Assembly (NCBI RefSeq): GCF_018350175.1
Contig: NC_058383.1
Location: 3,968,001-4,032,000 of the forward strand
Length of the DNA: 64,000 nucleotides
Origin: Felis catus
Lineage: Eukaryota
Direction of reading: 5' to 3'
The notes under the pieces are model-generated. The model did not search any database. It was not told where the DNA came from and worked only from the letters and a program-made list of their open reading frames with translations. Below are positions 1 through 10,240 of this stretch, piece by piece (the stretch's first letter is position 1; each line of letters starts with the position of its first letter). Both the position numbers and the translations under genes were made by a program.

Positions 1-180
1 CACCTGCGCAGCTGTGCACGGCTGTCTGCACCAAAGGACATGACTGGGGAGCTGGAACAAAGGAGGGACCTGCCCTATGACACTGCAAGACTCCATCAGG
101 AGCCACCACAGCACGCGCACGTGTCCCGCAGTATAGACCAACTGCAGTCTCCACAGCAACTTTGATTAAGAAGTCCTCAA

Positions 181-397
181 GGGGCGCCTGGGTGGCTCAG
201 TCGGTGGGTGTCCGACTTCCGCTCAGGTCATGATCTCACGGTTCGTGAGTTCGAGCCTCGCGTCAGGCTCTGTGCTGACAGCTCAGAGCCTGGGGCCTGG
301 TTCAGAGTCTGTGTCTCCCCCTCTCTCTGCCCCTCCCCTGCTCGCACTCTGTCTCTCTCTCAAAAATAAAGTAAACATTAAAAAAAAAAAAAAAAAA
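181..397 (+). mobile_element. Can-SINE (feliform)
   Basis: GGGGCGCCTGGGTGGCTCAG head, CT tract, poly(A); flanking duplication AAGTCCTCA. Confidence 0.92.
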
Positions 398-508
398 GTC
401 CTCAGACGCCACGACAGACGAGTTTTCCCCCAAATGGATCCTGAGCCTCTGCCTTTTCATTCTCCCCTGACCAGCCCCTGCTCTTCCTGAACCTTCTCTC
501 CTTCTCAC

Positions 509-1043
509 CTGCCGTCATGGTGTCCACGTCCTTGGCTGCCAGCTCTTCCACGTCTGACCTCTTTCTCAGCTCAAACCTCCGGGACAAGCCCTCGCGGGGT
601 TTCCATAATTCCTGGATCAGGAGGGGCTTCTCGTTGTCCCCAAACACCCGAAAGCCTTCGGCCCGCCACTGCTGCCCAGAGTCGCCGGCCTGGCCCACCA
701 CGTCGCACAGCACGTACTGGCTGGCGCACTCGGGGCTCAGGGCATAGCGCTCCAGGGCCTCCTTCACCAGCTCCTGGGCGCTGGACGTGCCCGTGGCCAG
801 GACGCTTTTGTAGTGGGTGCCCGAGCAGACGCTGTCCCCGAACACCTTCAGGACCCCGGGGGCCGAGAGCTGGGTGGAGAGCTCCGCGGGGTCGTCGCTG
901 GCGCCCAGGCTGGAAAAGGTGGTGTCCAGGTCGCGGTACTTGTAGCTCAGCGTCCGGGACAGCACGCTGGACAGCAGCTGGCTCTGCCGCTTTAGCTTGC
1001 TCTTGGTGGGTGGAGACATGATGAAGTGGGTCCCATAAAACAT
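509..1043 (-). CDS. RADIL: RADIL first coding exon (N-terminus and Ras-association domain); gene continues left of the window
   Basis: Translation MFYGTHFIMSPPTKSKLKRQSQLLSS...PGVLKVFGDSVCSGTHYKSVLATGTSSAQELVKEALERY...LIQELWKPREGLSRRFELRKRSDVEELAAKDVDTMTA recognised as RADIL. ATG context CCCACCATG; donor GCAG|GTGAG after 509; 535 coding nt. Confidence 0.95.
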
Positions 1044-1107
1044 GGTGGGCCAGCCTTCATGGACAAGGACCGACGGCTCTGGCCGATGGCAGGGTAAAGG
1101 CCGTGTC
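1044..1107 (-). other. RADIL: 5' UTR part of RADIL exon 2
   Basis: Acceptor GTTTTTCTCTCAG| with AG at 1109-1108, 64 nt upstream of the ATG. Confidence 0.75.
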
Positions 1108-3107
1108 CTGAGAGAAAAACGTAAGGCGGGTTAGCATCAACCATCATGAGCGACAAGAGGGAGCGAGGCTCGGCCACCCGGGGCCCGGGGCCGCAACGGA
1201 GCCGAGGGCATGCTACCTTCGGCCAAGTCTCCCCCTCACCCCCCCACCAAGCACCTGAGGCAGAATATGACCACAACCAGCAGGGACTGCAAGGAACTAA
1301 GCAGGTCTGAATGGCCCGAAGCACCCTTCAAGGAAAGCCGTTTCCAGGAAGCACGATGAGGTCACCAAAAGGTAAGACACACTCGGCTGCAGGGTTCTGG
1401 GCACATGCGTCCTGCACGGTAGGCAGCCAAGAAAGAGGGGCAGCGGGCGTGGGGATGAGAGCGCTTGCTTGCCTGGCAGAATCGCCACAGGGCTGGCCAG
1501 GTCTCGTGGGAGGCAGCCCACGGAGGGCAGCAAGCCTGATCTCCCAAGCCCAGCCTCTCCGCCACCGCAGCGTCTAACACGGGAAATTCATCGCAAGCAC
1601 GTGGATATGGGAAAACAGGCAAAGTCGCAGGCACGTTAACAGAGTGGTAAGTGATCAGACATGCAAAACACAGACACCCCCCCCCCAAAATGCTGTCCCT
1701 CACTGGCCCTTGCCTGGCCCTACAACGTCCACACGACCACAGGGGACACAAAAGGGCTCTTCCAGAACCAGGGGAGGCATGACTGGAATGTATGCATTCC
1801 ACCCACCGCATCCAGCCTGGTATTCAGGCCCTGTCCAGGCCACAGATGCAATCTTGCTGGGGAAATTAGAAAACAGCTCTGGGACACTTCGGTGTGTCTA
1901 AAAATCCTCCATCCAAAGCCCCTAGAGCTCGAAGGGTCTGAGAATTCTAAAGAGATATTTGCCAGGCTCTCCCGCAAGCACTGTAGGGAGCAGGAAGGCA
2001 CGAGAAAAAGAAGGGTCTCTGCTTCATAAACACCAAGGCTTTGCAGCAAGTGGGGGACACTGGAAAATCAGACCCATCACCTAACTGCTGCACCCCACTT
2101 CTATGCTGCTGCCCTCGCCAAAGACAAAACCAGACAGGCTAACCAAGAAAAGTCTACTCTCCCAAGGCTCTGGAAACAGGGGCCTGGGTCCCACCTCCAC
2201 TGTGACAAACATCAGCACGCATTCAGCTGAAGTCAGCGTCCCCAGTCCTGACCCACCTCTGGCTCCAGCAGCTCTGGAAAAGGCTTTCAGGAAGTGAGGC
2301 TGTCCGCCTAGGGCAGGAGAGAGTCACCAGGGAGCCTCGTGAACAAAAGAACCCACACTGCAACCCCCCCCCCCCCCCCCCCCCCCCGCCCAGGGAACTC
2401 AAAGCGTAAGGTGCTTGCGACACTGACACTGTGCTTGGGCCTCTTGCTAGTCGTGCACCCCGGCTTCGGTCACATGCGCTAAGTGTGTCCCTCCCTCCAG
2501 GGCTGCTGTGAAGGAAGCTCAGGAGCAGACCCTCCGCTCAAGTCCTCTAGAACCATCCGGGATCTGTCCGCCATCATACAACCCTCAGAAAAGCCTGAAG
2601 TCTTCAAGCTGCTGCTGACAGCTTCACGCGCCAAAGACTAGGTTCCGAACACTAACGTCTGCCCTTTGGGGGGGCGGGTGGGGGACCCTCCTCGTGTTGT
2701 ACAGCCTGTCATTTATGCTTTACCACCGCAAAGCTGTTTTTTTATGCAGTAGCTTTCTGAAGACTGGAGCTCGCGAGTTACGTACACAGCTTGCCTCTCA
2801 GGACACCCCGGCTCAGAAGCCTCTGGGCCAGCACCTTCTCAAAGGACCTGAACCCTCCACGGACACTTGGCTTAGCCGGCCTCCTCCTTCAAGCACAGGC
2901 CCCAGGGCCTCGGCCCAAACCCAAAGTGGCCCAGGGGCTTGGAAGCCTCTGCCTTTCAAGATGTCTGAACGTAAACTTGAATATCACGCCGTAAACTACG
3001 GGAAAGACGCCCAGATACTGCGGAGAAGGCAACGGCTATTGTGCGTCTGGCAGTGGGTCCGGGTTCTGCAAGGTCTGAAGCATATACAACTCTACTTTAA
3101 TAAAAAT

Positions 3108-3108
3108 A

Positions 3109-3176
<68 letters not shown>

Positions 3177-3177
3177 A
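3108..3177 (+). repeat. (GAAA)n microsatellite
   Basis: About 17 direct units. Confidence 0.95.
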
Positions 3178-3184
3178 CGAACTA

Positions 3185-3403
3185 GAGTGACCCCTGGGTG
3201 GCTCGGTCGGTTAAGCGTCTGACTCTTGATTTTGGCTCCAGTCACGATCTCTCAGGTTGTGGGATCGAGCCCCACATCGGGCTCTGCATTCGCAGCTCAG
3301 AGCCTGCTGGGGATTCTCTCTCCCTCTCTCTCTGCCCCTGCCCTGCTCACTCATGCTCTCTGCCTCAAAATAAATAAACTTAAAAAAAAAAAAAAAAAAA
3401 AAA
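3185..3403 (+). mobile_element. Can-SINE
   Basis: Degenerate head, body, CT tract, poly(A). Confidence 0.9.
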
Positions 3404-4921
3404 ACAACTTACAACACTGCTAGGTCCCCTCCCAGGGCCTCAGAAGTGAGCTCCCCTCCCTTCTCCTCAGCAGGATTCCAAAGCAAAGTCAGCAAAATCA
3501 CATCAAGACGAGAGAAAATGCAAGAGAGGGTGTGATCTGCTCTCTTCAAGAGCCCCTCCTTAAGCCCCAAGGAGCCCCGGCGAACACAGACCCCGGACTG
3601 TGTGGTCTGTGTTGTCAAGGAAGCCTTCTTCTCCTCGCGGGCATTCCCTTGGTGGCCATCTTCAGAGAGCAGCCACTGGTGGCGGCCACGTGTTCCCTCG
3701 CCAGCGTCCTTCACAGACAGAACGCGGAGGACAGCCTGTCTGTCACACTGTGCCGGACCCGTTTCTAGCAAGGGCAGGAGGGCAGGCGCCCCCCGGGGTA
3801 ACCCAACCTGGGTTGGGGAGGCGTGACCTGCCTTACCCTTTTCTGCCCCGTGCTCTACTCTTTCTCTTCCATACAAATGTTTGGGGAAACGCGGGCCCAA
3901 GGGTGCAGGACACCTGCTGTTGCTTCTCTTAGAGAATGTTTTTCTCTTGTTCTCAAGGAAGAATCCGATTTCTGATGAAAACAAGCGTAAGTCACACCAG
4001 CGAGTGAAGCCAGCGAGGTCAGTGCCGGGCTGACGAAATGGGTGGAGGCGCACGGCCGGCCCAACAACACAATGTGGAACCCATTAGAATTTCCACCAGG
4101 ACAGGGAAGGAAGAGGGCAGACTCAGGCTCTGCTTTATCCCCACCATCCATAAACCCTACCTTGACAGCTCCAGCCGAAGCAAGGCTCTCAAATACAAAA
4201 AGAATTTAATCAGATGCGATTCTGACATGCTACCCGCCTCAGAGGGGGCTTTTTCCACCAGTGGGATTAAGGACTGGCTCCTCTCTGGAATGCACGAGAG
4301 GTGGCCCCGTGCTAACTGGAGACACCTGTAATCACTGGCGACTGACAAAATTCTTTCGGGCAATTCAGATTAAGCAAACACTTGAGGGCGGGGGGGGGGG
4401 GGCCTGTGCGCTGAGCCGGCGCGTCTGCAGCTCCCCCCGCGGTCCCACCAACCGGCTCCCTGACGGGAAATAAACCAGTTTCTTCCGCGGGGCCCCCAGG
4501 AGCTCCAGCTCAGCATCTGTTTTCTTAGATGCAGTATTTGTCGAGGGGCCGGAGGTGGTACAGAAATAGCTGGGAGACAATGCTTTCGGCTGGCACACGA
4601 GTGGGGAACGCGCTGCTGCGTGAACAGGAAAACCGGGACGGGCTGTGGGCGGGGGCGGGGGGGGCGGGGGAGAATGTCACCCGACCCTGGAGGGAGGGCG
4701 CGGACCCCCGCGCCCTGCTCCCCCGCGACGCCCGCAATGCCAGACCCCCCTGTAAGGGAGCACCAGGGAGGCTGAGGCCCAGGGTCCCCTGCAGTGGGGG
4801 GGCCAGATTCCCGGGTCTCAGGGGATAGTGGCCTCAGGCGAACCCTGGAACCCGCGCTCGCCCCGCTTCGGGTCCCACCCCCCCTCCCCCGGGACGGCGC
4901 CCGGGAGCCCGACCGTAGCCG

Positions 4922-4935
4922 GTCTCCATGGCAAC
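4922..4935. promoter_or_regulatory. RFX X-box-like motif
   Basis: GTCTCCATGGCAAC in the CpG island, about 140 bp into RADIL intron 1. Confidence 0.5.
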
Positions 4936-5073
4936 CGGACAAGCCTGGCCAGAACTGCCCAAGAGATGCCCCGTGAGGGCCCCGTTGCCCCAGCACGCGC
5001 CCCGCGGCCTCCCCGCCGGCCGGCTCCGCGCCCCGGCGCCCCGGCCGCCGCTCCTCGCGCACCCCGCACTCAC

Positions 5074-5170
5074 CTCCGACACAGTCCGCCGCCGCTGCGT
5101 TCCCGCGCGGCTCCCACACCAACGTCGGCCCGCGCCCTCGACCCTCGCCCCGCGCCCGCGCGTGGCGCGG
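5074..5170 (-). other. RADIL: Probable non-coding exon 1 of RADIL (5' boundary approximate)
   Basis: Consensus donor GAG|GTGAGT after 5074 inside the CpG island, just downstream of GC and CCAAT boxes. Confidence 0.65.
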
Positions 5171-5352
5171 CGCCTCCTGCCGGCCGCCCAACGGACGGGG
5201 CGGGACCTTAGGGCGGGGCGAGGCCTTTTGGGGCGGGGCCCGACGGGCGGGGCGGTGTCTCCTCCCGCCGGCCACCCAATGGACGAGGACGAGACCCTGA
5301 GAAGGCGGGGCCTCAAGGGGGGGCGGAGCTGGTGAGATATTGGGCGGGGCGC

Positions 5353-5371
5353 CAGCGCCACCTGCCGGCCA
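5353..5371 (-). promoter_or_regulatory. CTCF motif
   Basis: Minus strand reads TGGCCGGCAGGTGGCGCTG, fitting the core CCRSYAGRKGGCRS at all positions. Confidence 0.6.
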
Positions 5372-6444
5372 ATTAATGGGTGTGGGCGTGGCCTCCAAGA
5401 TCGGGGCGGGGTCTCCAGATGAGGGCGGGCTGGCTGCGGAGAGACAGGACTAGGCGGCCCACCCCTGTCTCCAGCTCAAGAGGTGGGGCCTCTGCAGGAG
5501 AGGCGGGGCCACACTAAGCTCAGAGGCCACTTGCTCATCTAAGGCTCTGGGAGACCGGTGGGCTGTTGTGTCCCCACTTTGTAGTCCCCCAATGGACAGG
5601 ACCAAGAAAAGGAGGGACAAGGGTAAAGCAAACGCTTACCAAAAGTGGGGCGGCCCCAATATATGAGCATCTAAGACACTGAGAGGAGACAAGGGTGGCA
5701 GGTTCCATCTCCCCTATAATCTGTCCCCTACCCCGCAGCCAGAGTTTTAAATGACAAATCAAAACATGACGCCTCTGCTTAAAACGATGCAAAACGGGGC
5801 CAGGTCAGCTCCAGGGCTCTGGCCCAACAACCTCGTTGGATAAGGTGTTTTAAAAGAAGCTCATGTCCTTAAAACTCGCTTTGGCAACAGCCCTCCGGCT
5901 GGGGGAAAGACTTCCACTTGGTGAAAGACTGCCCCTTTGTCACATGGGGGATTCATGTGGTCTTGGGTGTCGATGCATAATTCTACCCCTGGGAGTGAAG
6001 CTTTTTGCTGCCATCTTGCTATTGGGGTATAAATTCTTATAGTAACGATTGCATATATGCAGGAGGAAAGTGGAGGCTGGGAACGGATATTTATAAGACC
6101 ACCTACCTACAGTGTGCCAGACCCTATGTGAGGGGCTCTAGCAAGGCCCCAGAGCTCACATCGACTCTTGTGACTCAGATGTTGTCGCTCTCACTTTGCA
6201 GATGACGAAATAAAGGTTCAGAGAGGCCGGACAGGTGGAGCCAAGAACTGAGCCTGAGACCATGTGATCGAACAATCCCCTTTACAGGACTCCCCCCATA
6301 CATGTAAGAACCTTTATAGGACTCCCCATATACATATACACACGCTCAACCTTGACCCTCAAGAGGCAGGTATCAGGGCTGAAAGCAGAGCCTGGTTCTC
6401 ACCATGACCCAGGCTCATCTCCCACTCCTCCCTGCACCCCTCTT

Positions 6445-6635
6445 CAGCAGGGGTTGCCAAACGATGGCCTCTGGGCTGCTGCTTTGATAAATAAAGTTTT
6501 ATTGGAACAGAGCTACACCCATTTGTTTATGTATTGTCTATAACTGTTTTCTTGCAACAGAGACCTTAAGGCCTGGAATAACTGAGAATGAATACTACTC
6601 TCTGGTTCTGTGCAGAAAGAGTTTGCCGGCCCCCC
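6445..6635. mobile_element. hAT-Charlie MITE, MER58-like
   Basis: CAGGGGTTGCCAAAC...AAATAAAGTTTTATTGGAACA...GTTTGCCGGCCCC with terminal inverted repeats. Confidence 0.65.
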
Positions 6636-6696
6636 GCTCTTCAGGATCTAGCAATGCCAACTATTTGGCTCAGGCCTTGGAACACCTTTCCTCCAC

Positions 6697-7085
6697 TCTG
6701 TTAGTTTGCTGGGGCCGCCATAACCAAATACCACAAACTGGGCGGCTTCAACTGCAAATATTTATTTGCTCACAGTTCTGGAGACTAGAGGGCCAAGATC
6801 AAGGCGTCCGCAGGCTTGGCTTCTCCTGAGGCCTCTGTCTTTGTCTTGCAGATGGCTGTCTTCTCCTTGCGCCCTCACATGGATGTCTCCCTGTGTGCCC
6901 CTCTGTGTCCTAATCTTCTCTTACAAGGACGCCAGTCACACTGGATTAGGGCCCATCCCGATGACCTCGTTTTACCTTAATCACCTCTTAAAGGTCCTAA
7001 CTGCAAAGACAGTTGCATTCTGAGGCAGAGGGAATCAGGGCTTCAACCTAAGAATTTCAAGGAGACACAGTTCAGCCCCGAACCT
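6697..7085 (-). mobile_element. MaLR solo LTR (MLT1 family)
   Basis: ATAACCAAATACCACAAACTGGGCGGCTT...CTCACAGTTCTGGAG...GATCAAGG, typical MLT1 reverse orientation. Confidence 0.75.
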
Positions 7086-7134
7086 TAATCGTCATCACCT
7101 GGCCAACTGGCACTCTTCCTTGAGGACTCAGATT

Positions 7135-7632
7135 AGGCAGCCGACCTCCAAGGAGATCCCCAACAATTCACACCCTCTGGCGTCCACACCCCTCCCGTGC
7201 TGAATAGCGCCCGACCTATGTAATCAACGAGATCTGCCAAAATGACATCGTGACTTCTGGAGCTAAACCATAAAAGGCGTGGCTTCCTTGCTTTCTCTGG
7301 GATCCCTCGCTCTGGGGGAAGCTGCCGGTTGTGTTGAGAGAACACGCTAGCAGCCCTAGAGAGATCCACATGGTGAGAAACCGGCAGCCAGCACCAGCCT
7401 GCCAGCCACATGAGTGCGCCATCTTGGATGTGAGCCCTCCAGCCTCAACAACCTTCAGATGAATGCAGCCCTCACCAAGACGCTGACGGCACCTCGTGAG
7501 GGACCCCGAGCCGGAACCGCCCAGCAAAGCTATGCCCCAATTCCCCGAAACTGTGCGATGACAAATGTTTCTTATTAATTTAAGCCACTGAGTTTGGGGA
7601 CAGTTTGCTATGCAGGAATGGGTAACTAATAC
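7135..7632 (+). mobile_element. MaLR solo LTR (MLT1 family)
   Basis: Ends TTTAAGCCACTGAGTTTGGGGACAGTTTGCTATGCAGGAATGGGTAACTAATAC. Confidence 0.75.
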
Positions 7633-8428
7633 GCTTTATCCAGGAAGGCCTCCCTGACTGCCGGAGTTGGGTCTAGACGCCTCCCCTGGGCTCCCGTGGG
7701 TTCACATCATATCAAACTATGTTTCTTAAAGACAAATGAGATGTTACTCCTCGGCCCACGCTCCCCCATGACTCCCCTTTGCAGAGACTCAGGCAGGGCT
7801 CAAACCCTATCCCAGCTGGCCCTGCTGACCGGCCCACTGCTCCCTCCACCACAGGGCTCCAGCCATACCAAACTCCTGCTTTCAAACGCTCTAAGCTCAT
7901 TCCCTCCTCTGAAGCCTTCTTCCCTTTGCTGTCTCCTCTTCCTAAAATGCTCCTCCTTTTGTGTCTGAATGCTGGCACCTTCCTCTCATTAAAACTCAGC
8001 TCCATTACTGTCTCCAGACCATTCTCTTGACGGTCATCCCTGTGGTCACTCTCTGTCTCATTACCTGTTTTATTTCATTCATAGGCATGTATACTATCTA
8101 AATGTATTTTCTGGAGTATTTAACGCCCACGGGCGTCTGTGTTCTGTAAAGGGAGGGACTCCAACTGCCTTCTTTACTGCTATACTCAGTACCTACTAGG
8201 TAGGTGCTCAGTAGCGGTTAAATGAGTAAACAAAAGGGATGAAGAGATTCCCACCATCTCCTTTGCATCCCCTCAACTGGAAGCTTATCAAGGACAAGAA
8301 CTGAGTTTTATTCATCTTTGTATACCTGCTCCAGGCCCATGGGCAGGTGAGCAAAACAAGTCTAAACTATAAAGGGTTGAAGGCCTTTGGAAATCCACAA
8401 ATGAAATGGAGTGTTGAGCTGCCCTCTG

Positions 8429-8447
8429 TGGCCACCAGAGGGCACCA
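8429..8447 (+). promoter_or_regulatory. CTCF motif
   Basis: TGGCCACCAGAGGGCACCA, near-consensus. Confidence 0.6.
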
Positions 8448-9324
8448 GAGTCCCGGGACTCAATCAACCAAAGGGGCAAAGGAGCCCAAAGAAAAAGCAT
8501 CTGGTTAAGGTCAAAGTGCAGGTTTCCAGGGGTGATGGGTCTAGAGGCAGAAAGCCAGGGCTCTTGAGGGGACCAGAAGACAAGGACAGGTGGCAGCAGG
8601 CACATGGAGAACCTTAGATCCCGGCCCTTCTTTCTGGATGCATCACTAGAAGGGGTTGGCCACACTTAATCCCGGGATCCCATTCCTGATGAACTCACTG
8701 CCACAACCCATAAATAGCAGTGCTCTGGGTTGGGCCATTCCTTGTACACTCATCAGTCAAAACTCAGCGATTGTTATTTTTCTTGGCACATCATATGCTG
8801 AGCAACTTCCAGTCAACAATGTATGCCCTGGGAAAGCACATGATATTTGAAATTATTCAATTTAAAGTTGATACGTCTATTCTGATGTAGATTTCTAGTA
8901 AGCTCAGTAAGCTCTAGTAAGCTTACCTGATGTAGCTCAGGTAAGATATTTAACTGGAAAACAGGAATTCAAGTCATATATATGGGAAATGAAGCCAGAG
9001 GTCATAGATGTGTTCAGCTCAAAGGGTTCAGTGCCATTAAAATAAGTGATGTCAAGTCACTTTACTCTTGAGTGTTTAACAGAACTTGAACATTTACTTG
9101 ACTGTTAAAGATTTTAGTCTGGGTGGGACTTAAATAATCTACCCCCCCCAGTTAATCAATCAACTATTCAGGTAGTGAAGCCTCTGGAAATTCTAGTCCC
9201 GGTCTTGGGACTAGGGAACATGTTGAAAAGTTGTTTTTCAATCCCAAGTAGGAGTTAGAATCAATTTCATCAGCCAAAAATATCACCCTGTGATATGATC
9301 ACAACATAAAATCACAAACATGAC

Positions 9325-10240
9325 CACATGTGGTCTCGAGAAAACACACTCCCCTTGATCTTGGGAGGGCTTTTTTGTCCCCCCCTGTGAGGACTTTTTA
9401 CCAGTGTCCAACAGTAGAACACGGCAGGCAGAAGTGAAGTTACACGACTTCCAAGGCTAGGTCGTGAACAACATTATGTCTCCTGCCTGGCGCTTTCCCT
9501 TGGGACCCAGCTGCCACATTGTAAAGGGAAACCCAGACCAACAGGGAAGTCACTTGTGGGTATGGATGAAAATATCTTTGCTTGGGGCACCTGGGTGGCT
9601 CAGCTGGTTAAGCAATGTGACTCTTGATTTTGTCTCAGGTCATGATCTCCTGGTTGTGAGATCAAGCCCCGCCTTGAACTCAGTGCTGGGTATGCAGCCT
9701 GCTTAAGATTCTCTCTCTCCCTCTGTACCTCCCCTACTCGTGCTGTCTAACAAAAGAAAGGGAAGGGGAGGGGAGGGGAAAAAAAGCAAAAAGACAAAAA
9801 AGAAAAAGAAAGATGTCTTTGGGGGCACTTGGGCGGCTCAGTCAGTTAAGCATCCGACTTCAGCTCAGGTCATGATCTCAGTGTTCGTGGGTTCCAGCCC
9901 TACATCAGGATCTGTGCTGACAGCTCAGAGCCTGGAGCCTTTGAATTCTGTGTCTCCCTCTCTCTCTGCCCCTCCCCTGCTTGCACTCTGTCTCTCTCTC
10001 TCTCAAAAATAAACATTTTTAAAAAATTAAAAAGAAAAATAAAAAATAAACATTAAAAACAATGAAAAAGAAAACAAAAGATGTCTTTGCTTTTGATGTT
10101 TTCACAGCTGGAACCTTACCGACCATGGAAAAAGACTGTCTTTTCCAGGGGTAGCCATGAGAGATGTTGATGATTATGGATGTTTTAAGCCACTATATTT
10201 TAGGATAATTTGTTTTACAGCAACAGACAGCTAATGCAAG
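9325..10240 (+). mobile_element. MLT1-like LTR interrupted by two SINEs
   Basis: GCAGAAGTGAAGTTACACGACTTCCAAGGCTAGGTC before, and TTTTAAGCCACTATATTTTAGGATAATTTGTTTTACAGCAACAGACAGCTAAT after, the SINEs. Confidence 0.6.
9584..10079 (+). mobile_element. Two tandem Can-SINEs (9584-9811, 9821-10079)
   Basis: Two heads and two A-rich tails; target sequence AAAGATGTCTTT recurs. Confidence 0.9.

Larger units (their letters stand above)
4400..5470. promoter_or_regulatory. RADIL: CpG island / RADIL promoter
   Basis: Very high GC and CpG density; several GGGCGG boxes at about 5195-5255 and 5340-5410; CCAAT at 5276-5280 and ATTGG near 5339-5343. Confidence 0.85.

Noticed and set aside
230..490. Recurring short ORFs such as MISRFVSSS...SGSVLTAQSLEP that look like a gene family
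   Set aside because: All are translations of Can-SINE bodies.
402..508. C-terminal tail GEKERRFRK... of the 213-aa ORF
   Set aside because: Read-through past the RADIL donor at 509 into the intron.
4370..5398. 342-aa and overlapping ORFs in the CpG island
   Set aside because: Stop-codon scarcity from extreme GC; open in several frames on both strands; low-complexity P/R/G/A translation.
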